A stretch of 64,000 bases of DNA from Firmicutes bacterium UBA2203 (GTDB taxonomy: Bacteria > Bacillota > Desulfotomaculia > Desulfotomaculales > Nap2-2B): assembly GCA_002327235.1 (NCBI GenBank), contig DCUX01000005.1, positions 1,542 through 65,541 on the forward strand. Direction: 5' to 3'. The first letter of the stretch is position 1. Each line of letters begins with the position of its first letter. The position numbers and the translations under genes were made by a program. Of the stretch, positions 1 to 10,733 are shown in pieces. A model generated the notes under the pieces. It saw nothing but the letters and a program-made list of their open reading frames with translations, ran no database searches and was not told where the DNA came from.

Positions 1-2
1 TA

Positions 3-878
3 AAGGAGAAAATTGGTTTCTTAGAATTAATCCGGTTAGGTGAGTTGGTTCCTTTAGAAAGGAAGATACTAGTAGAAAAGCACTTAATTAGTCCGGATAT
101 ATTAAAGGATTACCAAAGGGCAGCGGTAGTGTTACGTAGTGATGAAATAATCAGCCTTATGGTTAATGAGGAGGACCATTTGCGCATCCAGTGTTTTTTG
201 CCCGGCTTACAATTGCACGAAGCCCGGAAATTAGTAGATTGCCTGGATGGAGAGTTGGAAAAAACACTGCCGTATGCTTTTGATGAAAAATTAGGTTATT
301 TGACCACTTGTCCTACAAACGTCGGAACAGGAATGAGGGCCTCTTTAATGGTTCACTTGCCGGGTTTAGTTATGGTCAATCAAATTAAGGATATGGTGAC
401 AAATGTTACTAAATTAGGTTTGACCGTAAGGGGCCTATATGGGGAAGGTACGGAAGCTTACGGTAATTTATTTCAATTATCCAATCAGGTTACCTTAGGA
501 AAGTCCGAAGAAGATATTATTACCAATCTAATTTTTATTACGCGTCAGATAATAAATCAAGAAAGAATAGCGCGTCAGGCTTTGTTTAAAGAAAGGAGGG
601 AACAGCTGGAAGACCGAGTTGGCCGGGCATACGGAATTTTAAAACATGCCCACGTTATATCCTCGGCCGAAGCCTTGCGTCTTTTATCGGATTTAAGGTT
701 GGGAATTGTTATGCAAATAATAAAAAACATACCAGCATGTTTAGTAATGGAATTAATTCTTCATACCCGACCTGTTTTTTTAGTCAAAATAACCGGGAAA
801 GAAATGTCTTCTTTTATCAGAGATGTATACCGGGCCAAGTTAGTCCGGGAAAAACTTTCTCAAGCCGAAAAGATTTAA
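3..878 (+). CDS. mcsB: Protein-arginine kinase McsB (5' truncated by the window edge)
   Basis: The frame is open from base 3. Phosphagen-kinase motifs MVNEEDHLRIQ and GYLTTCPTNVGTGMRAS; directly upstream of clpC. Confidence 0.95.
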   Translation, partial: KEKIGFLELIRLGELVPLERKILVEKHLISPDILKDYQRAAVVLRSDEIISLMVNEEDHLRIQCFLPGLQLHEARKLVDCLDGELEKTLPYAFDEKLGYLTTCPTNVGTGMRASLMVHLPGLVMVNQIKDMVTNVTKLGLTVRGLYGEGTEAYGNLFQLSNQVTLGKSEEDIITNLIFITRQIINQERIARQALFKERREQLEDRVGRAYGILKHAHVISSAEALRLLSDLRLGIVMQIIKNIPACLVMELILHTRPVFLVKITGKEMSSFIRDVYRAKLVREKLSQAEKI

Positions 879-913
879 CTTTAAGATAATTTATTTTGTA
901 TTTTTGAAGGAAG

Positions 914-3370
914 GTGAATAAAATGTTCGGAAGATTTACTCAAAAAGCACAACGTGTTTTATATTTGGCTCAAGAGGAAGCAAAGCGTTTAAAGTACCCT
1001 TACGTAGGCACAGAGCATATCTTGCTTGGCTTAATTCGGGAAGGGGAAGGAGTAGCAGCTAAAGCTTTAGCTAGCTTAGGGGTTGAGGCAAAAAAAGTAC
1101 GTGAGTTAGTGGAGATGATGGTGGAAAAAATTGAAGGACCGGTACCTAAAGAGGTAATGCTTACCCCCCGGGCCAAACTTGTTTTAGAATTATCAGTAGA
1201 AGAGGCCAGGCGTATGGGTCACAATTATATTGGCACAGAGCATATCTTGCTTGGCTTAACTCGGGAAGGGGAAGGAGTAGCCGCTCAGGTACTAAGCAGT
1301 TTAGGCGTTGATGCGGAAAAAGTACAAAATGTAATAATGCAAATATTAGGGGGAGCTTATCCGGCCGGGCATCCTGGGGCCGGACCGGCAAGAGGCAAAA
1401 CTAGTCCTGATCTTTTGGAACAATTTAGTAGGGACCTCAATGCTTTAGCCCGTGATAGTAAATTAGATCCGGTAGTGGGACGAGAAAATGAAATTAGCCG
1501 GATTTTGCAAATTTTAAGCCGGCGGACAAAAAATAATCCGGTTTTAATTGGTGATCCGGGAGTAGGAAAAACCGCGATAGTAGAAGGTTTAGCCCAGCGA
1601 ATTGTTTATAATGATGTGCCCGAACCGCTTTTAAATAAAAGGGTTATAGCCCTGGACCTTGCGTCTATAGTGGCTGGAACAAAATACCGGGGCGAATTTG
1701 AAGAAAGAATAAAAAAAGTACTCAACGAAATTATTAAAGCTGGAAATATTATTTTATTTATAGATGAGCTGCATACCCTTATTGGCGCTGGGGCAGCCGA
1801 AGGAGCAATTGATGCGGCCAATATTTTAAAACCAGCGTTAGCCCGTGGCGAACTCCAGTGTATTGGGGCCACTACCTTGGATGAGTACCGTAAGTACATT
1901 GAAAAAGACGCGGCTTTAGAAAGACGTTTTCAACCCATCATGGTAAACGCGCCGACCGTAGAAGAAACAATTTCAATTTTAAAGGGTTTGCGGGATAAAT
2001 ACGAAGCCCACCATAAACTACGCATTCTTGATAATGCTTTGGAAGCAGCCGCGCGTCTATCAGACCGGTACATAACCGATCGTTATCTGCCGGATAAGGC
2101 TATTGACCTTATGGATGAAGCTAGTTCTAAGGTACGACTCCAAGCATTTACCGTACCCCCTGAAATTAAAGCCTTTGAGGAGCAAATAAAAAATTTACAT
2201 CACGAAAAAGAAGCGGCGGTAAACAGTCAAGAGTTTGAGAAAGCTGCTCAGCTAAGGGATAAGGAGCAAAAGTTACGTCAGGAATTGGACGCTCTAAAAG
2301 GAAATTGGAAAAATAAAAGAGGCGGAGAAGAGTTGGTTGTTACCGAAGAGGATATAGCTCAGGTAGCCAGTAGTTGGACAGGGGTACCGGTAAAACAGTT
2401 AACCATAGATGAATCACAGCGTCTGCTACATCTGGAAGAGATTATGCATCAGCGGATTATTGGTCAGGATGAAGCGGTTATAGCAGTAGCCCGGGCTATC
2501 CGGCGAGCCAGAGCCGGGTTGAAAGACCCGCGCCGGCCAATTGGTTCCTTTATTTTCCTAGGACCTACCGGAGTAGGTAAAACAGAGTTAGCCCGCACCT
2601 TAGCTGAGGCTATATTTGATGATGAGAATGCCCTAGTCAGGTTGGATATGAGTGAATATATGGAGAAGTTTGCTGTTTCCAGGCTTGTTGGTGCACCTCC
2701 TGGTTACGTAGGTTATGAGGAAGGTGGTCAGCTTACAGAAGCAGTACGCCGTAAGCCATACACCGTTGTTCTTTTAGATGAAATTGAAAAAGCTCACCCT
2801 GATGTATTTAATATCCTTTTGCAGGTGTTAGAAGACGGAAGGTTAACTGACGCTAAGGGGCGCGCGGTAGACTTTCGCAATACAGTGATTATTATGACTT
2901 CCAACGTTGGGGCGTTGGCCGTTCGCCGGGAAGGAATAATGGGTTTTCGGGCTGGTGATATGACCAAAGTGACCTATGAAAGTATGAAGGAAAAGGTAAG
3001 TAATGAATTAAAGCAAACCTTCCGGCCGGAATTTTTAAACCGGGTGGATGAAATTATTGTTTTTCATTATTTATCTGTTGAACACATTAAAAAAATTGTG
3101 GACTTGATGCTTAAAGACGTAGCTAAGCGGTTAAAGGAGCAGAATGTGGAAGTTGCCTTTACCGAAGCGGCCAAGGAAGTTTTAGCCAAAGAAGGTTTTG
3201 ATGAGGTTTTCGGCGCCCGGCCGCTGCGACGGGCTATTCAACATAAAGTAGAAGACCTTTTATCTGAGGAATTACTGCAGGGTACTTTCAAGCGAGGCGA
3301 TAAGGTAGTTATTGACGCCAAAGATGATCAGATTATTTTGCAGGAAGCCGGGATGATGGCTTTAGTATAA
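914..3370 (+). CDS. clpC: ATP-dependent Clp protease ATPase subunit ClpC
   Basis: Two Clp-N repeats, Walker A GDPGVGKT and [11 protein letters not shown] coiled coil, GARPLRR. The start may be ATG at 923. Confidence 0.97.
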   Translation: MNKMFGRFTQKAQRVLYLAQEEAKRLKYPYVGTEHILLGLIREGEGVAAKALASLGVEAKKVRELVEMMVEKIEGPVPKEVMLTPRAKLVLELSVEEARRMGHNYIGTEHILLGLTREGEGVAAQVLSSLGVDAEKVQNVIMQILGGAYPAGHPGAGPARGKTSPDLLEQFSRDLNALARDSKLDPVVGRENEISRILQILSRRTKNNPVLIGDPGVGKTAIVEGLAQRIVYNDVPEPLLNKRVIALDLASIVAGTKYRGEFEERIKKVLNEIIKAGNIILFIDELHTLIGAGAAEGAIDAANILKPALARGELQCIGATTLDEYRKYIEKDAALERRFQPIMVNAPTVEETISILKGLRDKYEAHHKLRILDNALEAAARLSDRYITDRYLPDKAIDLMDEASSKVRLQAFTVPPEIKAFEEQIKNLHHEKEAAVNSQEFEKAAQLRDKEQKLRQELDALKGNWKNKRGGEELVVTEEDIAQVASSWTGVPVKQLTIDESQRLLHLEEIMHQRIIGQDEAVIAVARAIRRARAGLKDPRRPIGSFIFLGPTGVGKTELARTLAEAIFDDENALVRLDMSEYMEKFAVSRLVGAPPGYVGYEEGGQLTEAVRRKPYTVVLLDEIEKAHPDVFNILLQVLEDGRLTDAKGRAVDFRNTVIIMTSNVGALAVRREGIMGFRAGDMTKVTYESMKEKVSNELKQTFRPEFLNRVDEIIVFHYLSVEHIKKIVDLMLKDVAKRLKEQNVEVAFTEAAKEVLAKEGFDEVFGARPLRRAIQHKVEDLLSEELLQGTFKRGDKVVIDAKDDQIILQEAGMMALV
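1007..1281 (+). repeat. 50-bp near-identical direct repeat (1007-1056 and 1232-1281) between the two Clp-N repeats
   Basis: GGCACAGAGCATATCTTGCTTGGCTTAA(T/C)TCGGGAAGGGGAAGGAGTAGC; 49/50 identical, 225 nt apart. Confidence 0.9.
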
Positions 3371-3379
3371 GGGGTTTTT

Positions 3380-4744
3380 ATGCCGGAAAAAAAATTTTTT
3401 GCCTGCCTTGCGTGTGGCTACCAAACCCCCCGTTGGCTGGGACGGTGTCCTGACTGCGGGGGGTGGAATACCTTTACAGAAAAGGTTCCGCATGAAAAAA
3501 AAGCCGTGGGGGCAAACGCTATTTTTGCCGTATCCGAAAAACCGTGTCTTTTAGCGGAAATTTCACCGGTGAGAGATGAGCGCTTTTCTACGGGAATTGG
3601 AGAATTGGACCGGGTATTAAACGGGGGGATAGTTCCTGGTTCGCTGGTTTTGCTTGGCGGTGATCCGGGAATCGGGAAATCTACCCTCATGTTACAAATG
3701 GTTGCTCAGGCAAGCACAACCGGAAAAAGCGCTCTTTACATCTCCGGTGAAGAATCAGTTAGCCAGATTTACCTGCGTGCTTCCAGGTTAAAAATTTCCG
3801 AGGCAAAGGTTTACGTAGTTTCTGAAATTGACGTTAACAACATTGAAGAACAGGTAAAGGCTTTATTGCCAGATATAGTAATAATTGATTCTATTCAAAC
3901 TATTATAAACCCAGAACTGGGGTCTATGCCGGGCAGTGTAAATCAAGTTAGAGAATGTACCATCCAGTTAATGCGCTTAGCCAAATCGACTAAGACAAGT
4001 GTATTTTTAGTAGGGCACGTGACTAAGGAAGGTATCCTGGCTGGACCCCGTTTGCTTGAGCATATTGTAGATACGGTGCTTTATTTTGAAGGAGAAAAGT
4101 ATCAGTCTTTTCGTATTTTGCGCAGCCTCAAAAACCGGTTTGGTTCCACTAATGAAATCGGTATTTTTGAAATGCGTGAGGGAGGTTTGGAAGAAGTAAG
4201 CGACCCCAACGTGTCTTTTTTAATGTATCATCATTTAGAGACCGTAATTGGGGCGGCTGTGGTTCCCGTGCTGGAAGGGACTAGGCCATTACTGGTAGAA
4301 ATTCAAGCCTTGGTAGCTCCTACTGGCTTTGGAGCTCCCCGGCGAATGACAGCGGGCGTAGATTACAACCGGGTAGCCTTGGTTTTGGCGGTGTTAGAAA
4401 AACGGGTAGGTTTGCAGCTTAATAGTTACGATACTTACGTTAGTACCGTAGGTGGAGTGAAGGTTTATGAACCAGCTGCAGATTTGGCTATTGCGATGGC
4501 AGTGGCCTCAAGCTTTCGTGATATTGCCGTAGCAAATAAAATGGTGGTTTCGGGAGAAGTTAGTTTAACTGGGGAGATCCGTCCGGTATATGGTTTAGAA
4601 AGAAGAATAAGGGAGGCAGTCCAAAGGGGCTTTTCCCTGTTTTTAGTACCCGGTTCAGGTTTAAACCTATCCTTATTTGAAGGAATCACAATTAAACCAG
4701 TGTATACTTTAGGACAAGCAATAGAATTAGCCTTATCAAGATAA
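3380..4744 (+). CDS. radA: DNA repair protein RadA/Sms
   Basis: N-terminal CxxC...CxxC zinc finger, GGDPGIGKST, KNRFG motif, Lon-like C-terminus. Confidence 0.97.
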   Translation: MPEKKFFACLACGYQTPRWLGRCPDCGGWNTFTEKVPHEKKAVGANAIFAVSEKPCLLAEISPVRDERFSTGIGELDRVLNGGIVPGSLVLLGGDPGIGKSTLMLQMVAQASTTGKSALYISGEESVSQIYLRASRLKISEAKVYVVSEIDVNNIEEQVKALLPDIVIIDSIQTIINPELGSMPGSVNQVRECTIQLMRLAKSTKTSVFLVGHVTKEGILAGPRLLEHIVDTVLYFEGEKYQSFRILRSLKNRFGSTNEIGIFEMREGGLEEVSDPNVSFLMYHHLETVIGAAVVPVLEGTRPLLVEIQALVAPTGFGAPRRMTAGVDYNRVALVLAVLEKRVGLQLNSYDTYVSTVGGVKVYEPAADLAIAMAVASSFRDIAVANKMVVSGEVSLTGEIRPVYGLERRIREAVQRGFSLFLVPGSGLNLSLFEGITIKPVYTLGQAIELALSR

Positions 4745-4770
4745 GGATAATAGGGAAGGGGGTAAGATTA

Positions 4771-5847
4771 TTGAAAGAGGAAAGACCTGAGGACAAGCTA
4801 ATGCAAATGTTGCGCCTCGTGGCCCCAGGAACCTCTTTGCGTGAAGGATTAGAAAATATTTTGCGGGCTGGAACAGGAGGTCTAGTAGTTATTGGCGACG
4901 GTCAGGAAATAAGCGGGATTACAGAAGGAGGCTTTGTAGTTAACGCTGAGTTTACTCCGGCCAGTCTATATGAATTAGCTAAAATGGACGGAGCCATCAT
5001 CTTGAGTTCTGATACAAAGCGAATTATTGCCGCCAATACCTTTCTTATTCCTGATTTAAATATTCCTTCTTCAGAAACCGGTATTAGGCACCGGACAGCG
5101 GAACGAGTAGCTAAACAAACTGGAGCACTGATTATCGCTATTTCGCAGCGTCGGAACGTAATTACTATTTACCGGGGTAGTATAAAGTACATGCTCCGTG
5201 ATACCGGAGTTATTTTAGCCAAAGCAAATCAGGCCCTTCAAACGCTAGAAAAATATCGGATTACCTTAGATAAAATAATTGAAAATCTCAGTATCTTAGA
5301 GTACGAAGATGCCGTAACTCTCTTTGACGTAACAAAAGGCTTGCAGCGCGTAGAGATGCTATTACGCGTGGTGCAGGAAATAGAAAGGTATATTTGCGAA
5401 TTAGGGACGGAAGGCCGTTTAATTACCATGCAGCTTGAAGAACTGGTAACAAATGTTGAAAGTGATGTTCTTTTAATCATTCGGGATTATGTATTGGCGG
5501 CAAGTGATAAATCGCCTACCCAAATTCTGGCTATTATTAATAGCTGGCCGGCGGAAGACCTTTTGGATTTAACCTTACTAGCCCGGGCCCTAGGTTATTC
5601 CGGTAGTGCCAGTATTTTGGACCAGCCAGTTTCGCCACGCGGTTACCGTATTTTAAATAAAATCCCCCGCTTGCCTTTCCTGGTAGTTGAGAATGTAATT
5701 AAAGAATTTGGTTCTTTAAAGAGGATTTTAAATGCCAGTATTCAAGAATTGGATGCGGTGGAGGGTATTGGTGAAGTAAGAGCCCGCTCCATAAAGGAAG
5801 GATTAGCCCGGTACCAGGAACAACTTTTTCAAAATAGATTCGCGTAA
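4771..5847 (+). CDS. disA: DNA integrity scanning diadenylate cyclase DisA
   Basis: DGA and RHR DAC motifs, C-terminal HhH (VEGIGEVRA); follows radA. Confidence 0.96.
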   Translation: MKEERPEDKLMQMLRLVAPGTSLREGLENILRAGTGGLVVIGDGQEISGITEGGFVVNAEFTPASLYELAKMDGAIILSSDTKRIIAANTFLIPDLNIPSSETGIRHRTAERVAKQTGALIIAISQRRNVITIYRGSIKYMLRDTGVILAKANQALQTLEKYRITLDKIIENLSILEYEDAVTLFDVTKGLQRVEMLLRVVQEIERYICELGTEGRLITMQLEELVTNVESDVLLIIRDYVLAASDKSPTQILAIINSWPAEDLLDLTLLARALGYSGSASILDQPVSPRGYRILNKIPRLPFLVVENVIKEFGSLKRILNASIQELDAVEGIGEVRARSIKEGLARYQEQLFQNRFA

Positions 5848-5882
5848 AAATTTATGGCAAGAAAAGAGGGCTTGGGAGATGT

Positions 5883-5916
5883 TTTTAAGGCTTTTTATAT
5901 TTTAAGGCTTTTTATA
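5883..5916 (+). repeat. Perfect 17-bp tandem duplication abutting a -35 box
   Basis: TTTTAAGGCTTTTTATA x2. Confidence 0.85.
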
Positions 5917-5986
5917 TTGACACCTTAAAAAGAGTATGTTAAAATTAAAAATTTTCTTTGACAAGAAAAGTTAAATATGTTATATT
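5917..5986 (+). promoter_or_regulatory. Two tandem sigma-A promoters for carD
   Basis: TTGACA(5917)-17-TAAAAT(5940) and TTGACA(5958)-17-TATATT(5981), both with a TGn extended -10. Confidence 0.75.
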
Positions 5987-6037
5987 TAAAATATCGCGTA
6001 AGCCATACAGGCGCCGAAAAACAAAGGGGGTCCAGCA

Positions 6038-6517
6038 TTGTATAAGATAGGCGACAAGATTGTGTACCCTATGCATGGAGCAGGGACAATTGAAGCTATT
6101 GAAGAAAAAGAGGTACTGGGTGTTAAAAAACAATATTATATTTTAAGTTTGTTATTTGGTAGTATGAAAGTATTAATTCCCACGGCAAACTGTAAAGAAA
6201 TAGGTTTAAGAGAAGTTATTAGTTCGGAAGAAGTAAAAGAAGTGCTTTGTGTACTCCAAAAAGATGAGCCAAATGGGGTTACAGCCAGCTGGAACCGCCG
6301 TTACCGGGCTAATCTAGAGAAAATGCGCAGTGGCAATATATATGAAATAGCCGAAGTGGTCCGTAACCTCGCCAGGCGGGAGCAAGAAAAAGGTCTGTCG
6401 GCCGGGGAAAGGAAAATGCTAGAAAATGCCCGCCAGATATTAATTAGTGAATTTGCTTTAGCTAAGGAAATAGAAAAGGATAAAGCCCAGTTATTAGTTG
6501 ACAATGTGTTTGCTTAA
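6038..6517 (+). CDS. carD: CarD family transcriptional regulator
   Basis: GDKIVYPMHGAG, WNRRYR and LSAGERKML motifs; TTG start with AAGGGGG RBS. Confidence 0.93.
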   Translation: MYKIGDKIVYPMHGAGTIEAIEEKEVLGVKKQYYILSLLFGSMKVLIPTANCKEIGLREVISSEEVKEVLCVLQKDEPNGVTASWNRRYRANLEKMRSGNIYEIAEVVRNLARREQEKGLSAGERKMLENARQILISEFALAKEIEKDKAQLLVDNVFA

Positions 6518-6817
6518 TTTTACTTAATTTAGTAATGAGCAAGTCATTAGGTTAAGGTTTGCAGGTAAAAGGTAAGGTTTTGTAAGTTTAAAGAAAGAAA
6601 ATAAATAATAATTTTATGATTCTGGTGCAAGACCCTCCTTTGTTTCAATCACGGCCAATATGTAAGGGTTTAATTGTCATTGTATTACTAGATATTTTAA
6701 TGATAGCACCGAAAAAGACTTTTTTGTAGCAGAATCATAATATTTTATTTTTTTATTGTACCAAAATGGTTTTAGGTTATAATATATGTAAATAATAGTA
6801 AAGAGAGGAGGGATAAA

Positions 6818-7945
6818 ATGGCCAAACGGGTTATTTTTTTTATTTTAATTTTATTTTTTATGGCGGCTAGTTTTTATGGCGGCTTAGTTTTAGTAAATAC
6901 CGGTCTTATTCCTATTTTTATTGAAATGTCCCAACTAAAATATGGTTTCTTGATCATGATAAGCCTAATCGGGTTAGGGGCAGGTGTTTTTGTTGCCCCT
7001 TGGATAATCCGGGGATTTGTTAAGTTAGTTACTTTTTTAGAGCAGCACCTTCAAAAAATGCCGACTCAGGACTTGATTATGGGAGCGGTAGGATTAATTA
7101 TTGGTCTTATTATCGCTAATTTGTTCGCGGCTATTTTAGCAAAAATGGGAGTTTTGGGAACAATAGTAGGCGTTATTGTGGCCTTATTTTTATGCTATTT
7201 AGGGATAAGTTTAGGTATAAAAAAACGCGAGGATATTTTAAGTTTTTTTAGCAACTTGACTCGCTTAAATAAAGAAAGAGGGGGTAAATTACCTGGAGGA
7301 ACAACAGGCTATAAGATTTTAGATACCAGTGTTATAATTGACGGACGAATAGCCGATTTAGTTGAAAGCGGCTTTATTGAAGGGGCCTTATTAATACCCG
7401 TTTTTATACTAGAGGAATTAAGGCATATTGCTGATTCCTCGGATTCTCTAAGACGAAACCGGGGGAGACGCGGTTTAGATATATTAAACAAAATGCAGCA
7501 AAATAACGCTCTTAATATTCAAATATATGATAGCTTACGGGGTTTAGAAAATATTGCTGAGGTAGATAGCAAACTGGTAAAACTGGCCCAGCGTTTAGGG
7601 GCGGTAATAGTTACTAATGACTATAATTTAAATAAGGTAGCGGCCTTGCACGGGGTAAAGGTGCTTAATATAAATGAACTGGCCAACGCCGTAAAGCCGG
7701 TGATTTTACCTGGCGAAGAAATGACGGTCCAGGTAATCAGGGATGGTAAAGAATTTGGCCAAGGTTTAGCTTATCTGGAGGATGGTACAATGATTGTGGT
7801 TGATGGCGGAAAGAAATATATTGGCCAGGCTCTTCAAGTTCTGGTTACCAGTGTGCTGCAAACATCTGCCGGACGGATGATCTTTGCCCGGCCAAGGCGG
7901 GCAGATACCTTAGAACATCCTCCCTACCTTGAAGCGGGTGGTTGA
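6818..7945 (+). CDS. yacL: Membrane PIN/TRAM domain protein (YacL family)
   Basis: N-terminal TM helices, PIN motif ILDTSVIIDGRI, C-terminal TRAM (GTMIVV...QTSAGRMIFA). Confidence 0.92.
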   Translation: MAKRVIFFILILFFMAASFYGGLVLVNTGLIPIFIEMSQLKYGFLIMISLIGLGAGVFVAPWIIRGFVKLVTFLEQHLQKMPTQDLIMGAVGLIIGLIIANLFAAILAKMGVLGTIVGVIVALFLCYLGISLGIKKREDILSFFSNLTRLNKERGGKLPGGTTGYKILDTSVIIDGRIADLVESGFIEGALLIPVFILEELRHIADSSDSLRRNRGRRGLDILNKMQQNNALNIQIYDSLRGLENIAEVDSKLVKLAQRLGAVIVTNDYNLNKVAALHGVKVLNINELANAVKPVILPGEEMTVQVIRDGKEFGQGLAYLEDGTMIVVDGGKKYIGQALQVLVTSVLQTSAGRMIFARPRRADTLEHPPYLEAGG

Positions 7946-9152
7946 TTTAGCTTGTTTTGCGGTAGTGGTAGGGGCAGGCCAAGGCACCCGGATGGGAGGA
8001 AAAGTTAATAAATTATTGTTCCCTTTAGACGGTAAGCCGGTCCTAACCTACGTTTTGCAATTAATGGAAGTAAGCCCTATGATTAAGGGTTGGGTATTGG
8101 TAGCTCCTCCGGACCAGCTAAATATTTTTTTTAATCTAGCCGTGGAAAAAGAGGAATGCAAAAAACTACTAAAAGTGGTACCAGGGGGCGTAAGGCGCCA
8201 AGATTCAGTTTGGGCAGGCCTTCAAGAGCTACCAGACCAAACAAAAGTAGCTTTAATTCACGACGGGGCACGCCCCTTGACAAGAACTGAAGATATAGCT
8301 AAGGTAGTTGAAGCGGCCAGACAGTGGGGAGCGGCCACGTTGGCTGTGCCCGTAAAAGATACCATAAAAGAGGCTGAAGCCGGTGATTTTGTGGGGCAAA
8401 CCCTGCAGCGGGAAAAAATTTGGTTAACCCAAACTCCCCAGGCCTTTTCTTACCAGTTTTTACTTGAAGCTTACTTTTGGGCAAATAAAAAAGGGGTTAT
8501 GGTTACAGACGATGCTACTTTAGTGGAAGCCCTGGGCCGCAAAGTGAAACTAGTTATGGGTTCTTATGAAAATATAAAAATTACTACTCCGGAAGATATA
8601 ATAGTAGCCGAAGCGCTCTTAAAGAAAAAGGAATTAACTTATATGCCGCGAGTCGGGATAGGTTTTGACGTTCATCGTCTGGTCGTTAACCGCCCCCTGG
8701 TTTTGGGGGGAGTGATGGTTCCTTTTGATAAGGGCTGCATGGGCCATTCAGATGCGGATGTTTTAGTGCACGCCATAATTGATGCTTTATTGGGGGCTGC
8801 TGGGGCAGGAGACTGCGGACGTCATTTTCCAGATACAGATTACCGTTATAAGGATATTTCTAGCTTAATTTTACTGAAACAAACAGCTCAAATAATCCAT
8901 ACTGCGGGTTACTCCGTAGAAAATATTGATGCAGTTATAGTAGCTCAAGCCCCGCGACTGATCAGTTATATTCCCCTGATGGAAGAGAATATTGCTTTAA
9001 CCCTGGGGATTGAAAAAACTTTAATTAATATAAAGGCTAAAACCACCGAGGGTTTGGGCTATTGCGGTCGGGGAGAAGGGATAGCGGCTTACGCCACGGC
9101 CTTGCTTTATACTCATAAACAAGGATGCTGTTTTAAAGGGGATGAAAAATGA
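7929..9152 (+). CDS. ispDF: Bifunctional IspD/IspF (MEP cytidylyltransferase fused to MECDP synthase)
   Basis: GAGQGTRMG, IHDGARP and IKITTPED (IspD), followed in frame by RVGIGFDVH, GHSDADV and KAKTTEGLG (IspF). Confidence 0.93.
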   Translation: MKRVVDLACFAVVVGAGQGTRMGGKVNKLLFPLDGKPVLTYVLQLMEVSPMIKGWVLVAPPDQLNIFFNLAVEKEECKKLLKVVPGGVRRQDSVWAGLQELPDQTKVALIHDGARPLTRTEDIAKVVEAARQWGAATLAVPVKDTIKEAEAGDFVGQTLQREKIWLTQTPQAFSYQFLLEAYFWANKKGVMVTDDATLVEALGRKVKLVMGSYENIKITTPEDIIVAEALLKKKELTYMPRVGIGFDVHRLVVNRPLVLGGVMVPFDKGCMGHSDADVLVHAIIDALLGAAGAGDCGRHFPDTDYRYKDISSLILLKQTAQIIHTAGYSVENIDAVIVAQAPRLISYIPLMEENIALTLGIEKTLINIKAKTTEGLGYCGRGEGIAAYATALLYTHKQGCCFKGDEK

Positions 9153-10699
9153 AAATATATAATACTTTAACCAATGCAAAAGAAGACTTTAAGCCCCGGC
9201 AACCAGGAAAAGTTTTTATTTATGTTTGTGGTCCTACTACCTACAATTATATTCACTTAGGAAATGCCCGTTCCTTTGTTTTTTTTGACACGGTCCGCCG
9301 TTACTTTTGTTACCGGGGTTACGAAGTAAAGTATGTACAAAATTTTACCGATATGGATGATAAAATAATTAACCGGGCGCGGGAAGAGAAAGAGGACCCT
9401 TTACTTTTGACTGAAAAGTACGTTCAGGCTTACTTTTACGATACCCAAGCCTTAAATGTACAAAAAGCCGATATTCATCCTAAAGTATCGCAGCATATAC
9501 CTGAAATAGTTGACTTAATCAAGGTTTTAATCGAAAAAAAACACGCCTATCTAACAGACCAGGGCGTATATTTTGACATTGCTACTTTCGCGGATTACGG
9601 GAAATTATCAGGACGTAGCCTTGACCTTATGCAGGCCGGCGCGCGGGTGGAAGTAGATGTCCGCAAAAAAAATCCCTTGGATTTTGCGCTTTGGAAGGCC
9701 GCTAAGCCGGGCGAGCCCTTTTGGGAAAGTCCCTGGGGTTTGGGAAGGCCGGGCTGGCATATTGAATGTACGGCTATGGCTTTAAAATACTTGGGAACTG
9801 GTTTTGATCTTCACGGAGGTGGGAATGATTTAATTTTCCCTCACCACGAAAATGAAATTGCCCAGGCAGAAGCAGCAACGGGGCAGCCCTTTGCCCGTTA
9901 TTGGCTCCACAATGGTTACTTAACGGTAAACCAGGAAAAAATGTCTAAGTCATTAGGAAATTATTTTCTAGTTCGAGAAATTTTAAAAAAGTTTTCTCCT
10001 GAAACAGTACGTTTATTTCTTCTTTCTATTCACTACCGCAGCCCGCAAGATTTTTCAGAAGAAAATTTAAACAACGCCGCCCGGGGATTGGAGCGCCTGA
10101 AAACAAGCATTATTCTTTTACAAGAAGCTTTAGTCAGACCCGGGTGGGGTGATGTTTCTCGAAGTTCTAGTCTTGAATTTCAAGACATAGGAGGAAGAGA
10201 GGCGGCTTTTTTAGCAACCATAAGTAAACTAGAAAGTGATTTTATAGCCGCGATGGATGATGACTTTAATACGGCCTTAGCCTTAAGCAAGTTGTTTGAT
10301 TTGGCCCGGGAGGTAAACATATACTTAACTCAAAAACCGGAAACTGAAAATCAAAATTTGCCTCAACTTACAACCATTGAGATACAAAATAAACAATTTG
10401 CCCAGGTTGCCTTGGTTAAGGCAAAAGAGCTTTTTGGTTCTTTTAACGGGGTGCTGGGTATTTTTAAGACCAACGCTCAGGGAGATATTATTCTGGAAAG
10501 GTCATTTCAAGAAAGGGATGCCCTGGTTGAGCCCTTAATAAATTTAATTATCCAACTGCGTCAAGAAGCAAAGGTAAAAAAAGATTGGGTTAGCGCCGAT
10601 AAAATTCGAAATAACTTAAAAGAGTTAGGAATTGTTTTAGAAGATACAAAAGACGGTGTCCGATGGAAATTAAGAGAAAATAATAGACCCATCGTTTAA
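9149..10699 (+). CDS. cysS: Cysteine--tRNA ligase
   Basis: YVCGPT, HLGN (HIGH), PGWHIEC, KMSKS. Confidence 0.97.
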   Translation: MKIYNTLTNAKEDFKPRQPGKVFIYVCGPTTYNYIHLGNARSFVFFDTVRRYFCYRGYEVKYVQNFTDMDDKIINRAREEKEDPLLLTEKYVQAYFYDTQALNVQKADIHPKVSQHIPEIVDLIKVLIEKKHAYLTDQGVYFDIATFADYGKLSGRSLDLMQAGARVEVDVRKKNPLDFALWKAAKPGEPFWESPWGLGRPGWHIECTAMALKYLGTGFDLHGGGNDLIFPHHENEIAQAEAATGQPFARYWLHNGYLTVNQEKMSKSLGNYFLVREILKKFSPETVRLFLLSIHYRSPQDFSEENLNNAARGLERLKTSIILLQEALVRPGWGDVSRSSSLEFQDIGGREAAFLATISKLESDFIAAMDDDFNTALALSKLFDLAREVNIYLTQKPETENQNLPQLTTIEIQNKQFAQVALVKAKELFGSFNGVLGIFKTNAQGDIILERSFQERDALVEPLINLIIQLRQEAKVKKDWVSADKIRNNLKELGIVLEDTKDGVRWKLRENNRPIV

Positions 10700-10733
10700 A
10701 AAGGACAGCCTATAAAAAATATTGGTGATCTAA

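Noticed and set aside
6545-6600. AAGGT-rich short repeats between carD and yacL
   Set aside because: Irregular, low-complexity and without a clear inverted partner.
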